Source of the DNA: Phyllobates terribilis
Lineage: Eukaryota
Assembly (NCBI RefSeq): GCF_046119375.1
Contig: NW_027366915.1
Span: 1-64,000 of the forward strand
Length of the DNA stretch: 64,000 bases
Direction: 5' to 3'
A program made the translations under genes and the position numbers. Shown here piece by piece: positions 36,317-48,294 of this stretch (within the stretch, counting starts at the first letter, position 1; every line of letters starts with the position of its first letter). The notes under the pieces are model-generated. The model worked only from the letters and a program-made list of their open reading frames with translations. It searched no databases and was not told the origin of the DNA.

Positions 36317-36550
36317 CTGGGACAGAGCAATCAAGCAAGGGACAGAGCAACCAAGCCAAGTGTTAACAATCCATGTGAGAGATTGAAATTCATCCCTCAA
36401 CATGAGCAATGGGGTCTCAGAGATGAATGTCAACATCCCAACATATCACAACAAACCGTAAGCAACCATGCAAGGGACAGAGCAACCATGCAAGGGACAG
36501 AGCAACCAAGCAAGGGACAGAGCAACCAAGCATGGGACAGAGCAACCAAG
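36317..36550. repeat. 20-bp tandem repeat CAAGGGACAGAGCAACCA(A/T)G
   Basis: Four adjacent copies at 36471-36550 and two more at 36317-36356. Confidence 0.95.
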
Positions 36551-37799
36551 CCAAGTGTAACAATCCAAGATAGTGAAAGATCACAATGTATGTAGCAACA
36601 GTGTAGGGGAAAGGACAGTAATCAAGCATCAAACATACACATGCAACTCATTCAGTATTTAACAAAGCAAGGCACAGAGCGATCGACATCGATCTATCAA
36701 CAATCAAGGTAAAATTGAGTGATCACACAACATGAATAACAAATGCAACCTAGCCAGGGTGTTTAACAAAGCAAGTTGTGCAGAGATCGACACCAATCTG
36801 GGAACAATCAAGGGGAAACGACAACAATCACACAACCCAATTACACATGCAAAACAACCAGGGCTTTTGACAAATCAAGACACAGACAGATCGCCATCGA
36901 TCTAGCCAGAATGAAGGGGAAACGAACTACATCAATCACACAACAAATAATACGCATGCAACCCTGCGAGGGCAATGTAGGAAATCAAGACACATGGAGA
37001 TCGACAACAGCAATAAAGGGGATTCGACATGCAAGAACAACAAGGTAATCGATCCGATCTTGAACTCAAATTTGAACTGCAAACACTCAAGATCGGCACC
37101 CAAATCAAGCCAAAACACCGATTTCAAGATCAGTACCAATATTGGGGACGAGAAACAGAGCACCGAGAAAGAAGTTCAAAGAAATTAACATAAACAGAGC
37201 AAGATTTCTGGGGATATCATCGAATAGAATTCCCAAAGGGTAAGATCGAGATTGGATTCAACCTTCATCTCAGGATCTAGTTCAATCACCCACAAGCTCC
37301 AACAAAAAAGCACCCAAATCAACCGCAGCAAAATACAGAACTGGGGACGATTTTAAGCACCCAAATCAAGCATAAAAACCACCCAAATCAACCGCAACAA
37401 AATACAGTATTAGGGACGATTTTAATCACAAAAATCAAACATAAAAAGCAGTTTTCAAGCTCAAGATCGTGATCAAATGCGACCACCGAGAGCCAGATGA
37501 AGATCGAGGATCAAGAACAAGATCAAGATCATCGATCAAGGGGAAGATCTGGATCAGAGATCGGAGGCCCAAGAAAAAATTTCGATCAACACACATAAAA
37601 AGAGCTAATCCGGGGACGAGAAAGAGGTAGAAGAAAGGATCAGACCAAGATCCATGACAAGAGAGGCGGGGATCAAGCAACGAGAGCGGCGGTGTAGGGA
37701 GTGAATTAGGATTTCGGAGGGGGAGAGAGCAGAATAAGAGAGTTCTAGAGAGTGAGGGAGTGAAGAGTGGGAGAGATCAGAATAAGAGAGGGGTAGGGA

Positions 37800-37920
37800 T
37801 AGATTTAGGGTTTCGGTGAGGAGGGTTTTTGGGCTGGGTTTGGGTTTGGGTTGGGTTAGGGATTGGGTTTGGGTTGGGTTAGGGAATGGGTTAGGGTAGG
37901 ATTAGATTGAATGTGGGCTT
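37800..37920 (-). promoter_or_regulatory. G-rich/telomere-like array with telo-box and site II motif; probable promoter of the antisense unit in the mariner
   Basis: Twelve GGG tracts at 37831-37896 (TGGGTT/TTAGGG variants); telo-box AAACCCTA on the minus strand at ~37805-37812; TGGGCT at ~37914; followed on the minus strand by a CT-rich leader (37800-37600). Confidence 0.55.
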
Positions 37921-38639
37921 TTGGGGTAGGTTTTTGTTTTTTTTTTCAGCCCAATTAATCTATGTGTAAAAATAACTAGTGTTTCTTTACAAAAATTTTA
38001 ATTTTAAAGCTACAATTATTTTTAATTAGATTTTTTAAATGTAATTAGTGAAGTTAAGTATAGTTCATGAGTATAAATTCTGTTGAAATTTGAAGATGAA
38101 ATGGTTTTGGTGGGAGAAGTAGTTGGAATATATGGGTAGTTGGGTCCGATTTGATAGTTAGAGAGAGAAATAAATAAAGTGAAAAGTGATGATGAGTATG
38201 AATAAAATATGTAAAGAAATAGGGTTATAGGGGTATTAATGGGAGAAAGAGTATGTACAAAAGAGGAAATTGTTCAAACTCAAGCGGACAACCGAAATGG
38301 AAATTGTCCAAACAAAATGCGACGGAGGGAGTATGTTCAAATATACATGATATTTTAATATTTTCAACAATTTTTATCAATCTTACTCCTAATTTAATCT
38401 CTTTTTAAATTTGAATTTCAATAATTATTCTCTTTTTCTTATACATTCCCGTAATTTCTACTCTTTATATATTATGGAAAAAAATTGCTTAACATGTAAT
38501 ATATAATTATTATTTATGGTAGGAATCATAAGACTAAAATGGTCCAAAAAACTTCATTACCCTAATCTGGATAGAAATTATTAAAAAAATCACTTACAAT
38601 AGTAAATGCAGGGAGTCAGAGATTACATATTCTATCTTA

Positions 38640-40698
38640 TCCAATCATTCTACCTCGAAAATGACGATAGCTCGCTCCGGAGGTTTATTGAATAAATTAA
38701 AAGTACCTCGAGAATGATGACGATAGCTAGAGTTTGTAAACCAATCGGTGACATGGTTTTATCCTGCTCTATGTTGCTAATCTTCTTTGAATGAACATTT
38801 GACTTCTTAGAGGGGAAATACATGTTTAGGAAAGCCTTGGTCATATGGTCTTATGTGGTGATGCTGTCGGGCTTCAAGTATGCAAGCCAGTCCCTTGTTT
38901 GATCTTTGAGGTAAATGGAAAGGCTTGCAATTTGAGTTGATTAGTTGTGACATCTTTTGGTTTCATGGTGATGTAGTCGGTGTGAAACTCAATGGATTTT
39001 TGTTAGCCCGGTTTGCAACTCAAACTTCACATTATCTGCTTATGGTGGATTGATGATTGTCAAGGGATTCTCCACATAAGTGGAGTGGGCTTTCAATGTC
39101 AGTTCAACCATTGGTAGAAGCTTCTAGGTGTCTTAGAGTGCTCTGGCTTCAACCTTGTTTCTAGAGGAGGTCCTCTCAATCTCTAGATCAACCTCAAGAA
39201 TATAAGAGTTAGTGGAATAAGTGTTGACCATAAGATAAGTTAGTACATCAGATGATTAATAACACACAAGTATAACAAATAGTTCCCCAACAACAACTCC
39301 AAATTTGGCGGAGGCATAAAGGGTCGCAACAACTGTCCTATCAAAGTAAACTTGTTCCTAATCCTAACTGAGTAGTCACGATAAGCACATGTTGAATCCC
39401 ACATGATACTACTTTCTAACACTGGTACGTAATATGTAAACTAATTTTCTTGAGATAAAAAAAAAATCGGATTTTGGAGGTTGAAGGTTGACGAAGGTTG
39501 TAACTTTAGTTTGTAAGAAGACTAAGTTGAACTTATATCCACCATCTAATTCTAAGAGTAAGTTCATATTCGAATTCATAAATATTTCTCTATTCAATGA
39601 ATCACTCGTCCTAATCATGAAGAATTTCTAGTCACAACTTCGTTACTAGGAAATTCAAAACTTATGATAAACCTAAACCACAACATAGATAAATAACACA
39701 ACAAGCATGATTGGACCAAGATATATGAACAAATCCATCAATACTTAAACTCAATACTAATAACATACATATTAATTGTCTACCAAATATAAACTATATC
39801 AAGTAGTCCTAAAACGTACAAAGCTTGCTACTTTAGTTAAATCAAGAAACCAAATCTACTAAACCAATCAATTACATATACTGAAATCAATGTCCTATTA
39901 GGAATAAAAACCATTTCACATATTGTGAATCTAGAAGTGTTGATATCAAGAACAATAGACTAACCAGTAACCACACGATCAATTTAATCAAGAAAGTTCA
40001 TTGCTTTAATTGCGACAAAGATAAATACTACTAACCTAGGTGATCAATATATGGAAGGACAAGCATGAATCAATTGGATAGAATGAATGAAAATAATAAG
40101 AATAATTGAGAGATAAGTAAAGAACAAAACCATATAACCTATAAAAAAAAGAAAGAGGCTTCAAGCTCTTAATTTTTCACAATGATGAAAGCAATTATCA
40201 ATAACTCTATTGAAAGTTCAATATCGAATAATGAAATAGCAATAATCTTTTATAATTTATACATCGACAAATAAAACTCCTAAGACTAAATACAAAAAAT
40301 GATGAATTAATTAGAGTAAGGTACAAAATTTGGAAAATCCTAGAAGACGCGTAGTGTTTGTGGGCCCAAGGCCGCGATGGTTATTTTCACTTTGAAGGCT
40401 ATTGAGTTGAAAGCTGTCGTTGCGAACCCTTAGTCTGTGATTAGAGTGACATTGATTCCATCCTCGAAATTCCTCGAAATTTTTCTAAATTTTCTAGGCT
40501 TCTTATTAAGGCAAATGATCAGTTCCTTTCAAGCGTGAGATAAATCTGAGCATTTGAAATTGAAGGAGATTCGTTTGCTCCGTTTATGGAAAGTCTTAGG
40601 AATATTTATCCAATTGTAATAATTGTAGTTCCGATTGTTTCAATGTATTTGATGAGCATATTTTTACTTTGAGCTATTTATGAAAGTTGCTCAAATCA
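38640..40698 (-). mobile_element. Athila/Tat-clade gypsy relic: 5' LTR (39305-40698), degenerate PBS and truncated gag
   Basis: The gag remnant reads QLKLQAFPFYLKDQTRDWLAYLKPDSITT*DHMTKAFLNMYFP. The PBS-like TTTGGAGTTGTTGTTGGGGA resembles TGGCGCCGTTGCCGGGGA. LTR start TGATTTGAGC at 40698. Confidence 0.7.
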
Positions 40699-41760
40699 AA
40701 GACACAAACCCCCCCATTTGCCATTTTTCTTTTCATTCACCACCACGTTGGCTAACCATTCTCGATATTTGACTTCTCGGATTTTTTTGGTGTCTAGTAA
40801 CTTCGCGACTTCCTCGTCTATCACTTTGTTCCTTTTAAGAGCGAATTTTCTTCGTTTATGCTTGATAGGTGGAAAACTTGAATCCACATTAATTTTATGC
40901 ATCGCCATGTCGGAAGGTATTCCTACCATATCTTCATACGACCAAGCAATCCGAGTTTGCGCGCAGGAAGGTAACAACTTCCCTCTACTCTTGTTATCCA
41001 AGTCTGATCCGACCCGAATAGTACGGTTGGGAAAAGATGGGTGCATGATGATCATCAAGCTTTTTCGTCTTTGGTTCTACGTAACGTTTGACCTCGTCGG
41101 TTGTGGTCGCGAAACACTTCTTGACCGCGGATTTCATTCATGCAACGTAAAACTCTCAGGCAACTCTTTGGTCGCCCTTGATTTCGTGGATCTCCCAAAC
41201 AGTTCGGAATTTAATGGATTGGTGATAAGTGGAGGGCACAACTCTTATTACGTGTATTCATGGTCTGTCAATGATGCAGTTGTACGGGGACTCACATTCT
41301 AGCACATTGAATTTTACCTGCAAATTCACTCCACCAACATAGACAGACAAAACTATATCCCTAGGGTATATTTTACTTTTCCACTGAACCCGACTAGTGG
41401 GATCCTATTCGAGCTAATATCATTTTCGCTTAAACCCATTTCTTTTAGAGTGTTCAAATTTATCATGTTGGTGGAAATACCAGTATCGAAATCTGACGGA
41501 TCAAACAATTGCCAATAGATAAAGAAACAACTAAGCCGTCATGATGCTCTTCTTTGCATCCATCAGAGTCGTCAAAGATAATTGGCGTTGATATGCCTTT
41601 TTACCCCCGGGCTCCGATGGCGAAGGAGAGTCAAGAATTCTACCTTTAGCTTGACGCTTGGCAGTCGAGTACGAAATACCACACAGCTTCGACCCCCCAG
41701 ATATGGTATTGATGACCTTAGCAGGGACGTGTGATAGTGGTCGTTAAGAGGTTACCTTGT
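40699..41760 (-). mobile_element. Tat-lineage gypsy pol fragment (protease to RT start)
   Basis: VINTISGGSKLCG, the protease IDTGISTNMI...IPLVGFSG, and the RT start FAWSYEDMVGI...IDEEVAKLL...WLANVVV..KKNGKW; cut at 40699 by the Athila-like LTR. Confidence 0.85.
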
Positions 41761-41769
41761 CGCGACACA

Positions 41770-43928
41770 ATAATGTCGCTTTTTCCCTCTCAGAGTTGAC
41801 ATCCTGGAGATTCTCCAGAGACAAGAGCCTTGCCACCTCCTTGTGGAGGGCGACACACTCGTCTGTGTAGTTGATGTGAACCACCCAAGTGAAATGGTAG
41901 TGGTGATGTGGAACAAGAAGCCGTTGTTCATTCCAGTTTCCCAGTTTGCCGAGGTGATAGGATGCCTACTGGTCAAGGCAACTTCAACTTCATCGCGAAG
42001 AAAAATTGACCTAGGGGTGCTAGTAAGCTGAAGCAAGATTTGTTTGGTGAGTACGTGAATGAAAAGGAGCTCAAGGTAGACTATCTCTCATATCCTCTTC
42101 GAGTGGTACACTATATAATTGTCAGAAACATCATGCCAAGGAAAGACAAGCGAGACATTGTTACCATCGCAGACGGGGTGCTACTCCACAAATTCTTGAA
42201 GCGCGAGTTAATAGCGCGAGTTAATAGACACATCGCCGATTATTTACACCCACGTGTACACATCAATGGCAAACACGAAAGCTGACATTCCATTCCGTCA
42301 CATTGTTGCAAAACTGATGCAGAAGAACAAGATTTACAGTGCTGAATTTGAGGAGCAGTTTGATGAAGTCCTCACTGAGAAGGTTTTGGAAGATTTGGAG
42401 GACGTTGATGAGTCTGATGAGCCTGAGGTTAAGGCACCTCCAAAGCTCACACTACAAAGTCGTGAAGAACCATTGATCAGTACAAAATCTACCGTCACTA
42501 ACTTCACAGTTATGCAAGTTCTCGATCGAATAAAGAAGGCAATTAGAGACATCGCCAAGGAACAATCTGAGAGGTTGTCGTTGATTGCATATCAGCTCAC
42601 CTAGCTCGCTAAAGTTGCCGGTGAACTATTACAGGTTGAGAAGAACATTGTTGCGAAGAAAGATTGATCTTACAGCTCAATTCTTACCCTGTTATCTCTA
42701 GCCTTGGTCTAAGCCAGCTTATGTCTTTTGCCTATGTATTTTGCTCATCGATGTTAGTGTTGTGTGTTTTTTTTTTTAAAATGAATATGATGCGTGCTAT
42801 TTCGTTTCACTAGTCATGATTGATTGCTTAAGTGTTTATCTACGCATACTTTGATCCTACTAACATTCATGCATGCTTAGGGGATAGTATACTTAAGGAG
42901 TTTCGAAAGTTCCCTATTTGTTGTACTTTGACTGCATTTTTGATGATGTCAAAAGGGGGAATTTTGAAGTGTGCATGTAGACATGCTAATACATTCACCA
43001 AAGTCAAGAAGGATTCAAACTCATGTCTTGATCTCAGGGGGAATGAAAAACAAGCTGAAGAAAGGTAAAGTGATGTGTAAGTGTGCTTGTTTCATTGTTC
43101 TAATTTTTTAAGCGAGATATTATTCAAATCTATATGTTACCTTTGTGAATGAGTCAAATAAATTTGGAATCATCAAAAAGGGGAAAATTGTTATTTAAGC
43201 TGAGGTAGCTTGACTAATTTTCTTAGTTTTGATGATAACAAACTTAGGAAATTTATTGGGACTCAAGTGTGTATAGTGTTCAATGTATATTGAAGGTAGC
43301 TTAAGGATAGCTCAATTGATTTAAGGTTGCTTAATCAATTAACAATCAATTCAGTTCAGCGAGAGTTCAGCGAGACTAAGGACGCTGAAGATATTGAGCT
43401 GAACAGGGAACGTCTGGAAAGATAGTTTACAAGCGAACCACAAGCGTGTATAAACTAGGCAACGAATATCAGCACGTGTTAAATGCTTTCTTGGAGTTGC
43501 AAGTTGCAAAGAGCAAGGAAGATTGTGAGCCGTACGCGTGGCAGAATATTGTGCTGGTTGAGACGCGCGCTACAATTCTGTTAAGCGAACTAAGTGACGT
43601 GTCAAGATGAGATTGGACGACGCGAGACGCACTGAACGGCCAACAGACTCTCTTCTTGCGGACCAATGAGAATTTAGGCACGTTGTAAATTCCATTGTTC
43701 ATTAGCTAGCTTATTACGTTGTCTATATATAGCTTGTATAGAGGGTAATTGATAGTTGTAATTCTGAGAGATTGTTTGTAAAGCTCGATCTTTGTGAGAA
43801 GCAAAAAGAGAGAGAGCTACCTTTTGTAAACACAAAACGAGAGATTTGCAATACAAACAAGAGAGAATTACATCAAAACGTTCTTGAATCGATATACAAT
43901 CAAGCTTCTCTCTTCCGCACTTATTACA
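41770..43928 (+). mobile_element. 3' part of Sirevirus copia C: env-like ORF, multiple PPTs and LTR
   Basis: Env-like fragments (LRVVHYIIVRNIMPRKDKRDIVTIADG...DIPFRHIVAKLM); PPTs at 42951, ~43035 and 43175; LTR from TGTTATTT (43189). The right boundary (~43928) is approximate. Confidence 0.8.
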
Positions 43929-44786
43929 AGTTCTAAGTGTCAAACACTTTACTTGTGGAGAAGCTCAACCAATCCAACAGGGATAATCCAGGTGTATGCA
44001 ACCTAAGATTGCATCACCGACACAGTTTGCTGTCAAGGAGGAGCATATGTTACCTACACCCCAACCAGACTCCTAGAACTGAAAGTGTGGAGGAGTGAAC
44101 TAATCCTCCTTCAAAGTGCCTAATTCATCTATCTGCATATGCCGAATTCTTGTTTTACTATTGACTCTTGTTGCAGGTTAGATGAGTTTATGACTGATTT
44201 GATCAATATCTTTAGCTTGTCGTGAACTGATTTCACTCCCTTTTAGATTGGCTCTGAGTTTCTTCGATAGTTCTACCCTGATTATGTTTGATTCTCCAGT
44301 TATTCTTCTGTCTATCTCTATACTCGCTAATGATCACATGATTACACTTTACCACCAAAGAAAACTTGGAAAACAGCACTTGCTTACCAGTTGGATTATA
44401 GTATTTTGCCTTTCTGGCTGTCACACTACAAGCCTACATCGCTTTATGGCGGTATGTTATGCTTGTGCAATTCAGCTCTTGGTTTAATGACTTCAATCCC
44501 TTTTTTTCCATGACTTTTGCTAATATAAGTTTTTGCATCTATTCATAGACTTAAAGAATGTTTCTTTAGTTGGCATTATGTAAATGAAGGATGTACAATT
44601 GAGTCATCAGATGGATATTTATTGCATAATCCAGATCAGTTTGAAATGTTAGTTTCTAGCCGCTGGATCATTGTTTACCCTTGCTGATTGGTTAGCTAGT
44701 TTGCAATTTATGTTCTACACATTCTTGTTCTCATATATATAAGTCTTTTTTTCTTTTGGGATTTACTAGTTGGATTTCGGTCTTTA

Positions 44787-45005
44787 AGCCTAGCTCAACT
44801 GATAGAGCATGTACTCAAATACAAGATGTACGTTCGACTCCCAAATAGGCTGATATAAAGATTTAATTTCAGTAGAAGTATGACATAAGTAAGGTAATGA
44901 AGAGCTAGATCAACTAGTATAAGATTGTAGTACAGCTATGGCACGATAGATTCAAACCCACGCTCACGTTCTTAAAACACGTCGCTGTGCCATTGACCAC
45001 ATAAG
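44787..45005. mobile_element. Degenerate tRNA-derived (SINE-like) A-box/B-box modules
   Basis: TAGCTCAACTGA (44791) with GTTCGACTCC (44832); TAGATCAACTAG (44906) with GATTCAAACC (44949); a minus-strand GTGGTCAATGG (~45000) facing the same B box. Confidence 0.5.
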
Positions 45006-45081
45006 CATGAATTTTAGTATTTGAAAATTATCCAAAACGTAAAGATCAAGTTAGTCGAATATAAGTACGAACGCAAAGAAT

Positions 45082-45135
45082 GATCCACATATTCACTTAC
45101 AATGCAAAGATCCACATATTCACTTACAATGCAAA
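45082..45135. repeat. Perfect 27-bp tandem duplication GATCCACATATTCACTTACAATGCAAA x2
   Basis: Read directly from the sequence. Confidence 0.95.
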
Positions 45136-46447
45136 GATATGTCCTCGTAAATGAGGAGTCCTTATGATAACCCAACAACTTACCGTGTTCTCATGGCTTA
45201 ATCTAGCTAATTTTTGGCCTAACCGCACAAAAGCCATTGTTCAGGAATTTTTTTTTTATTATCTCTAGTTGGAAATATACCTAATAAGTAATACCTCATG
45301 ATAATCACCCCATTTTTCTTCTTTGATGCAGGCTACTATCTCGGGCTCACCCTTAACGATGTCATTGAAAATTAGTCTATTAGGGAAGATTCACTGATGT
45401 GCTAAATTTCTTAACATTCTTCAAGATATATGAATCTGTTCACATTAGTAATCAAATTATCATGCCATTGTGGAGAAGAACTTATTATGTCAACTGTGCT
45501 AAAAACTAGAAGCTTTATATGATGACAATAAGTACTTGTCACTCCCTCATTTTTTCCGTTATCATGGCTGATCACGTAATACAACTCCTGAAAAGGGAAT
45601 ACAATTTACGTTCCAGCAAAAAGTCCAGCCCCACCATGGTTCCATTGAAAGCATTAAGATTGCACTAGAATTGAGAATCCTACCCCCAACTCAACCCTAA
45701 AGTTCAATCAATCCCGAAACAAATAAATTGACCATTAAAATATCAAACATTGAAGGTGAAATCAAAATCTAACCTAAAATACCGTTTGATAGACTTCATC
45801 ATCCGTCAAATGAACACCATCTCTGCTGGAATGGAGGCATGGAGCTCGGCATCACAGAGGACCCGTCGCCAAAGGTTGGAGATGGGTTGACAGACCAGAC
45901 CGGAAGGTGAAGAAAGCCATGAGAGGCGAACCAGGAGGAAGAAGACCATGAGAGGAGGACATAGAGATACATGAAAAGCTTGAACATTGAGTGATTTTTC
46001 CTAATTTCCAAGGCTAATTTCCGAAGATGATTTTGAACTAGAACACCACGATAGCTTCAAACAGTAAAAATATAAAGTATAACAATCAAATTAATCAACC
46101 AGTATACCTTACCATAACTACAATATGTTTTCGGCGCGCAGCGGACTCATAACAACTGATATATTAATATATTGTTGGTGCACTCTTCAATACATTATAA
46201 GTATACTATTCAGTGAACTACTGGTGTACTTGTGATTGTACAAATATACTCTGCACTTCTCAGTTTTGAGTGCAGTATTGGTACACTCACAAATATACTA
46301 CTAAGTTCACTCCACACAAAAGAAAACTCAGTTCCTCAAAGTTTATAGCAAACCAAAATCAGATATCATCAATTCTGATTGTATACATGAAATATTTAGC
46401 TGTGCATTAATAATAATGTTAAAGTACTATTAAAAGAAGCATTCAAT

Positions 46448-47512
46448 TTAAACAACAGGTGTATCATCCTCTCTGCCTCCCTTATCTTCAGCTAAGTAGA
46501 GAGATTTGCTCTCTTTCGTGACAAGATCGTACCAAAAGATCACTCTGGGCCAAAATACAAATAACACCACTTTTCTTCCATCTCCCAAATCACACAACTC
46601 TGTGTGTAGTAACAAATAAAACAAGCCCATAATCATTGCATGTGGATATTTAACAGTAGCCCACCTCACCCAACGCCCGTCGTCGCCATACACCTCCATA
46701 TAAACTTCAGCCTTCGACGTGTGAAGAAAACACAGTCTCCCATTCACTTCAGTAAAAAAACAACTAGAATATTTGTTAGCTAAATAACTATCCGGCACCG
46801 GCAGATCTCCAAACCTACAAGTATGCATGTCGCAAGTAGAGATACTCACCGGGATGCACATACCAGCTGAATCCTTGTCAAGAGAAATGGAATGAAGAAC
46901 ACCGTTCAACAAGTAAGACCCGCTACGCCTGATGAATTCATAACAAGTAGGCGGAAGTCCGTCGTACTTTTTCCAGGTGCCGGAATTGAAGCTATATAGC
47001 CAAAACAGATAGCTATTGGACTTGGACACAGCCATGATCTTGTAATCGTCGTCAAAACGATCATAACCGAATCCTTGGTGGATCTGGTGTACATTTTGCG
47101 GGGCCTTTTCCACTGCATGTGAAACTCCGGTGAACAAGTTGTAGAGATGAATATAACCGTTGGATGCTTGGGCACAAACTATTCCGTTGGATAATCCTAA
47201 TAGATGTTCCTTGCGGAGTCCATATGGGTTACAATTCAACGTGATTGGTAAGCGATGCAAAGTGTGGGAAGGAAACCGGTTGTTATTGTTGGGCCTTAAT
47301 AATATGCAAAGGAGGTTTTTCTGGTCGGTGGTGACGATTAAAGATCCTCTATGGTGGTATTTTTTGTGGAAGTTGGGGTCGTTGATGATATTCTTCCATT
47401 TCTTTGAGACGCGTTTACATGCGAGGATGGATTCGAAAGGGAGTAGAAGAAGGATTTCATACAGTAATTCTGGAGGAAGAGGGAAATCAAGATGGCTCTG
47501 CCTCTGCGACAT
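46448..47512 (-). CDS. F-box protein with F-box-associated (FBA) domain, CPR1/SLF-like class; intronless, 354 aa
   Basis: F-box LPPELLYEILLLLPFESILACKRVSKKWKNII. FBA motifs LLGLSNGIVC, HLYNLFTG, GFGYDRFDDDYKIMAV, LYSFNSGTWK, LNGVLH. ATG taken at 47512. Confidence 0.88.
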   Translation of the reverse strand: MSQRQSHLDFPLPPELLYEILLLLPFESILACKRVSKKWKNIINDPNFHKKYHHRGSLIVTTDQKNLLCILLRPNNNNRFPSHTLHRLPITLNCNPYGLRKEHLLGLSNGIVCAQASNGYIHLYNLFTGVSHAVEKAPQNVHQIHQGFGYDRFDDDYKIMAVSKSNSYLFWLYSFNSGTWKKYDGLPPTCYEFIRRSGSYLLNGVLHSISLDKDSAGMCIPVSISTCDMHTCRFGDLPVPDSYLANKYSSCFFTEVNGRLCFLHTSKAEVYMEVYGDDGRWVRWATVKYPHAMIMGLFYLLLHTELCDLGDGRKVVLFVFWPRVIFWYDLVTKESKSLYLAEDKGGREDDTPVV

Positions 47513-48294
47513 GCTTCTAAGACGGAGAACTGATTGGACAAAATATATATGGTTAGATAAATGTAAAAAGTACGTAGAAAAAGAGAAAAACTTTGCAGGG
47601 AGAAGAAGCACAATACTTTACAGCTTGTAGAGATGATAAAGATCGGAGGTTGAAGACGATCGAACGGCGACTCGCTCAACTAGGAGCACAAGTTGCCGAT
47701 AAACCCTAAAATATGGATTTTTTCAAAGGACCCTAGAATATGGATAGTGAAGAGTGACGCATAACTTATTAGTTATTATACTCTAATATCTTCCGGAAAG
47801 AATCCAAATATTTAGTAATATTATATTTATAAATGTATATTAAGAAAATTTATATAAATTCTAGAACTGAATTATAGACCAAGTAACTCTTATATAATAT
47901 TTTCATTAAACATCCTAATAACAAAGATTACTTTAACTTTTCTCTTCTCTCTTTTCTACTATTTTTCCTATTTTCTTGATTCATAACATATTATTAGCAA
48001 GGAACTAATTGTTCGATCATCACGATCATGATCATCACAAAGTTTTTTTTTCTCCCTAACTTTTCTGATTTTTTTTTTTGTTTGAATCATCACCATACAC
48101 TGTCTCTCTTAATTTAACATGCATACACATCTACGATACAACCTATATGATTTATTTAAGTATATATTTTATTTATATCATATACCACCAATCGTTATTT
48201 GATGTTAATCAATATATAATCATTATTTTTGAAGTGACACATCTATAAAGTGATTTTAAATGATTATTGAAGTGATATTAATTAAGATTCTAAA

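Larger units (their letters stand above)
32934..38331 (+). mobile_element. Full-length plant Tc1/mariner (DD39D) element, 5.4 kb, carrying ~3.4 kb of extra sequence
   Basis: TIRs CTCCCTCTGTCCCAAATTGTTTGAACAATTT (32934) and AAATTGTCCAAACAAAATGCGACGGAGGGAG (ends 38331); TA at 32932-33 and 38332-33; transposase inside. Confidence 0.92.

Noticed and set aside
37800-37920. Interstitial telomere or chromosome-fusion scar
   Set aside because: Not a TTTAGGG array; the units are mixed, span ~100 bp and lie inside the mariner TIRs.
44787-44850. Functional tRNA gene
   Set aside because: A and B boxes are present, but no convincing acceptor or anticodon stems could be paired.
43929-46010. Possible exon relics of a host gene (acceptor-like sites at ~44177 and ~45330; GC-richer patch 45790-45960)
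   Set aside because: No frame gave a recognisable or consistently open product; left unannotated.
47160-47630. 156-aa plus-strand ORF
   Set aside because: Antisense shadow of the F-box CDS.
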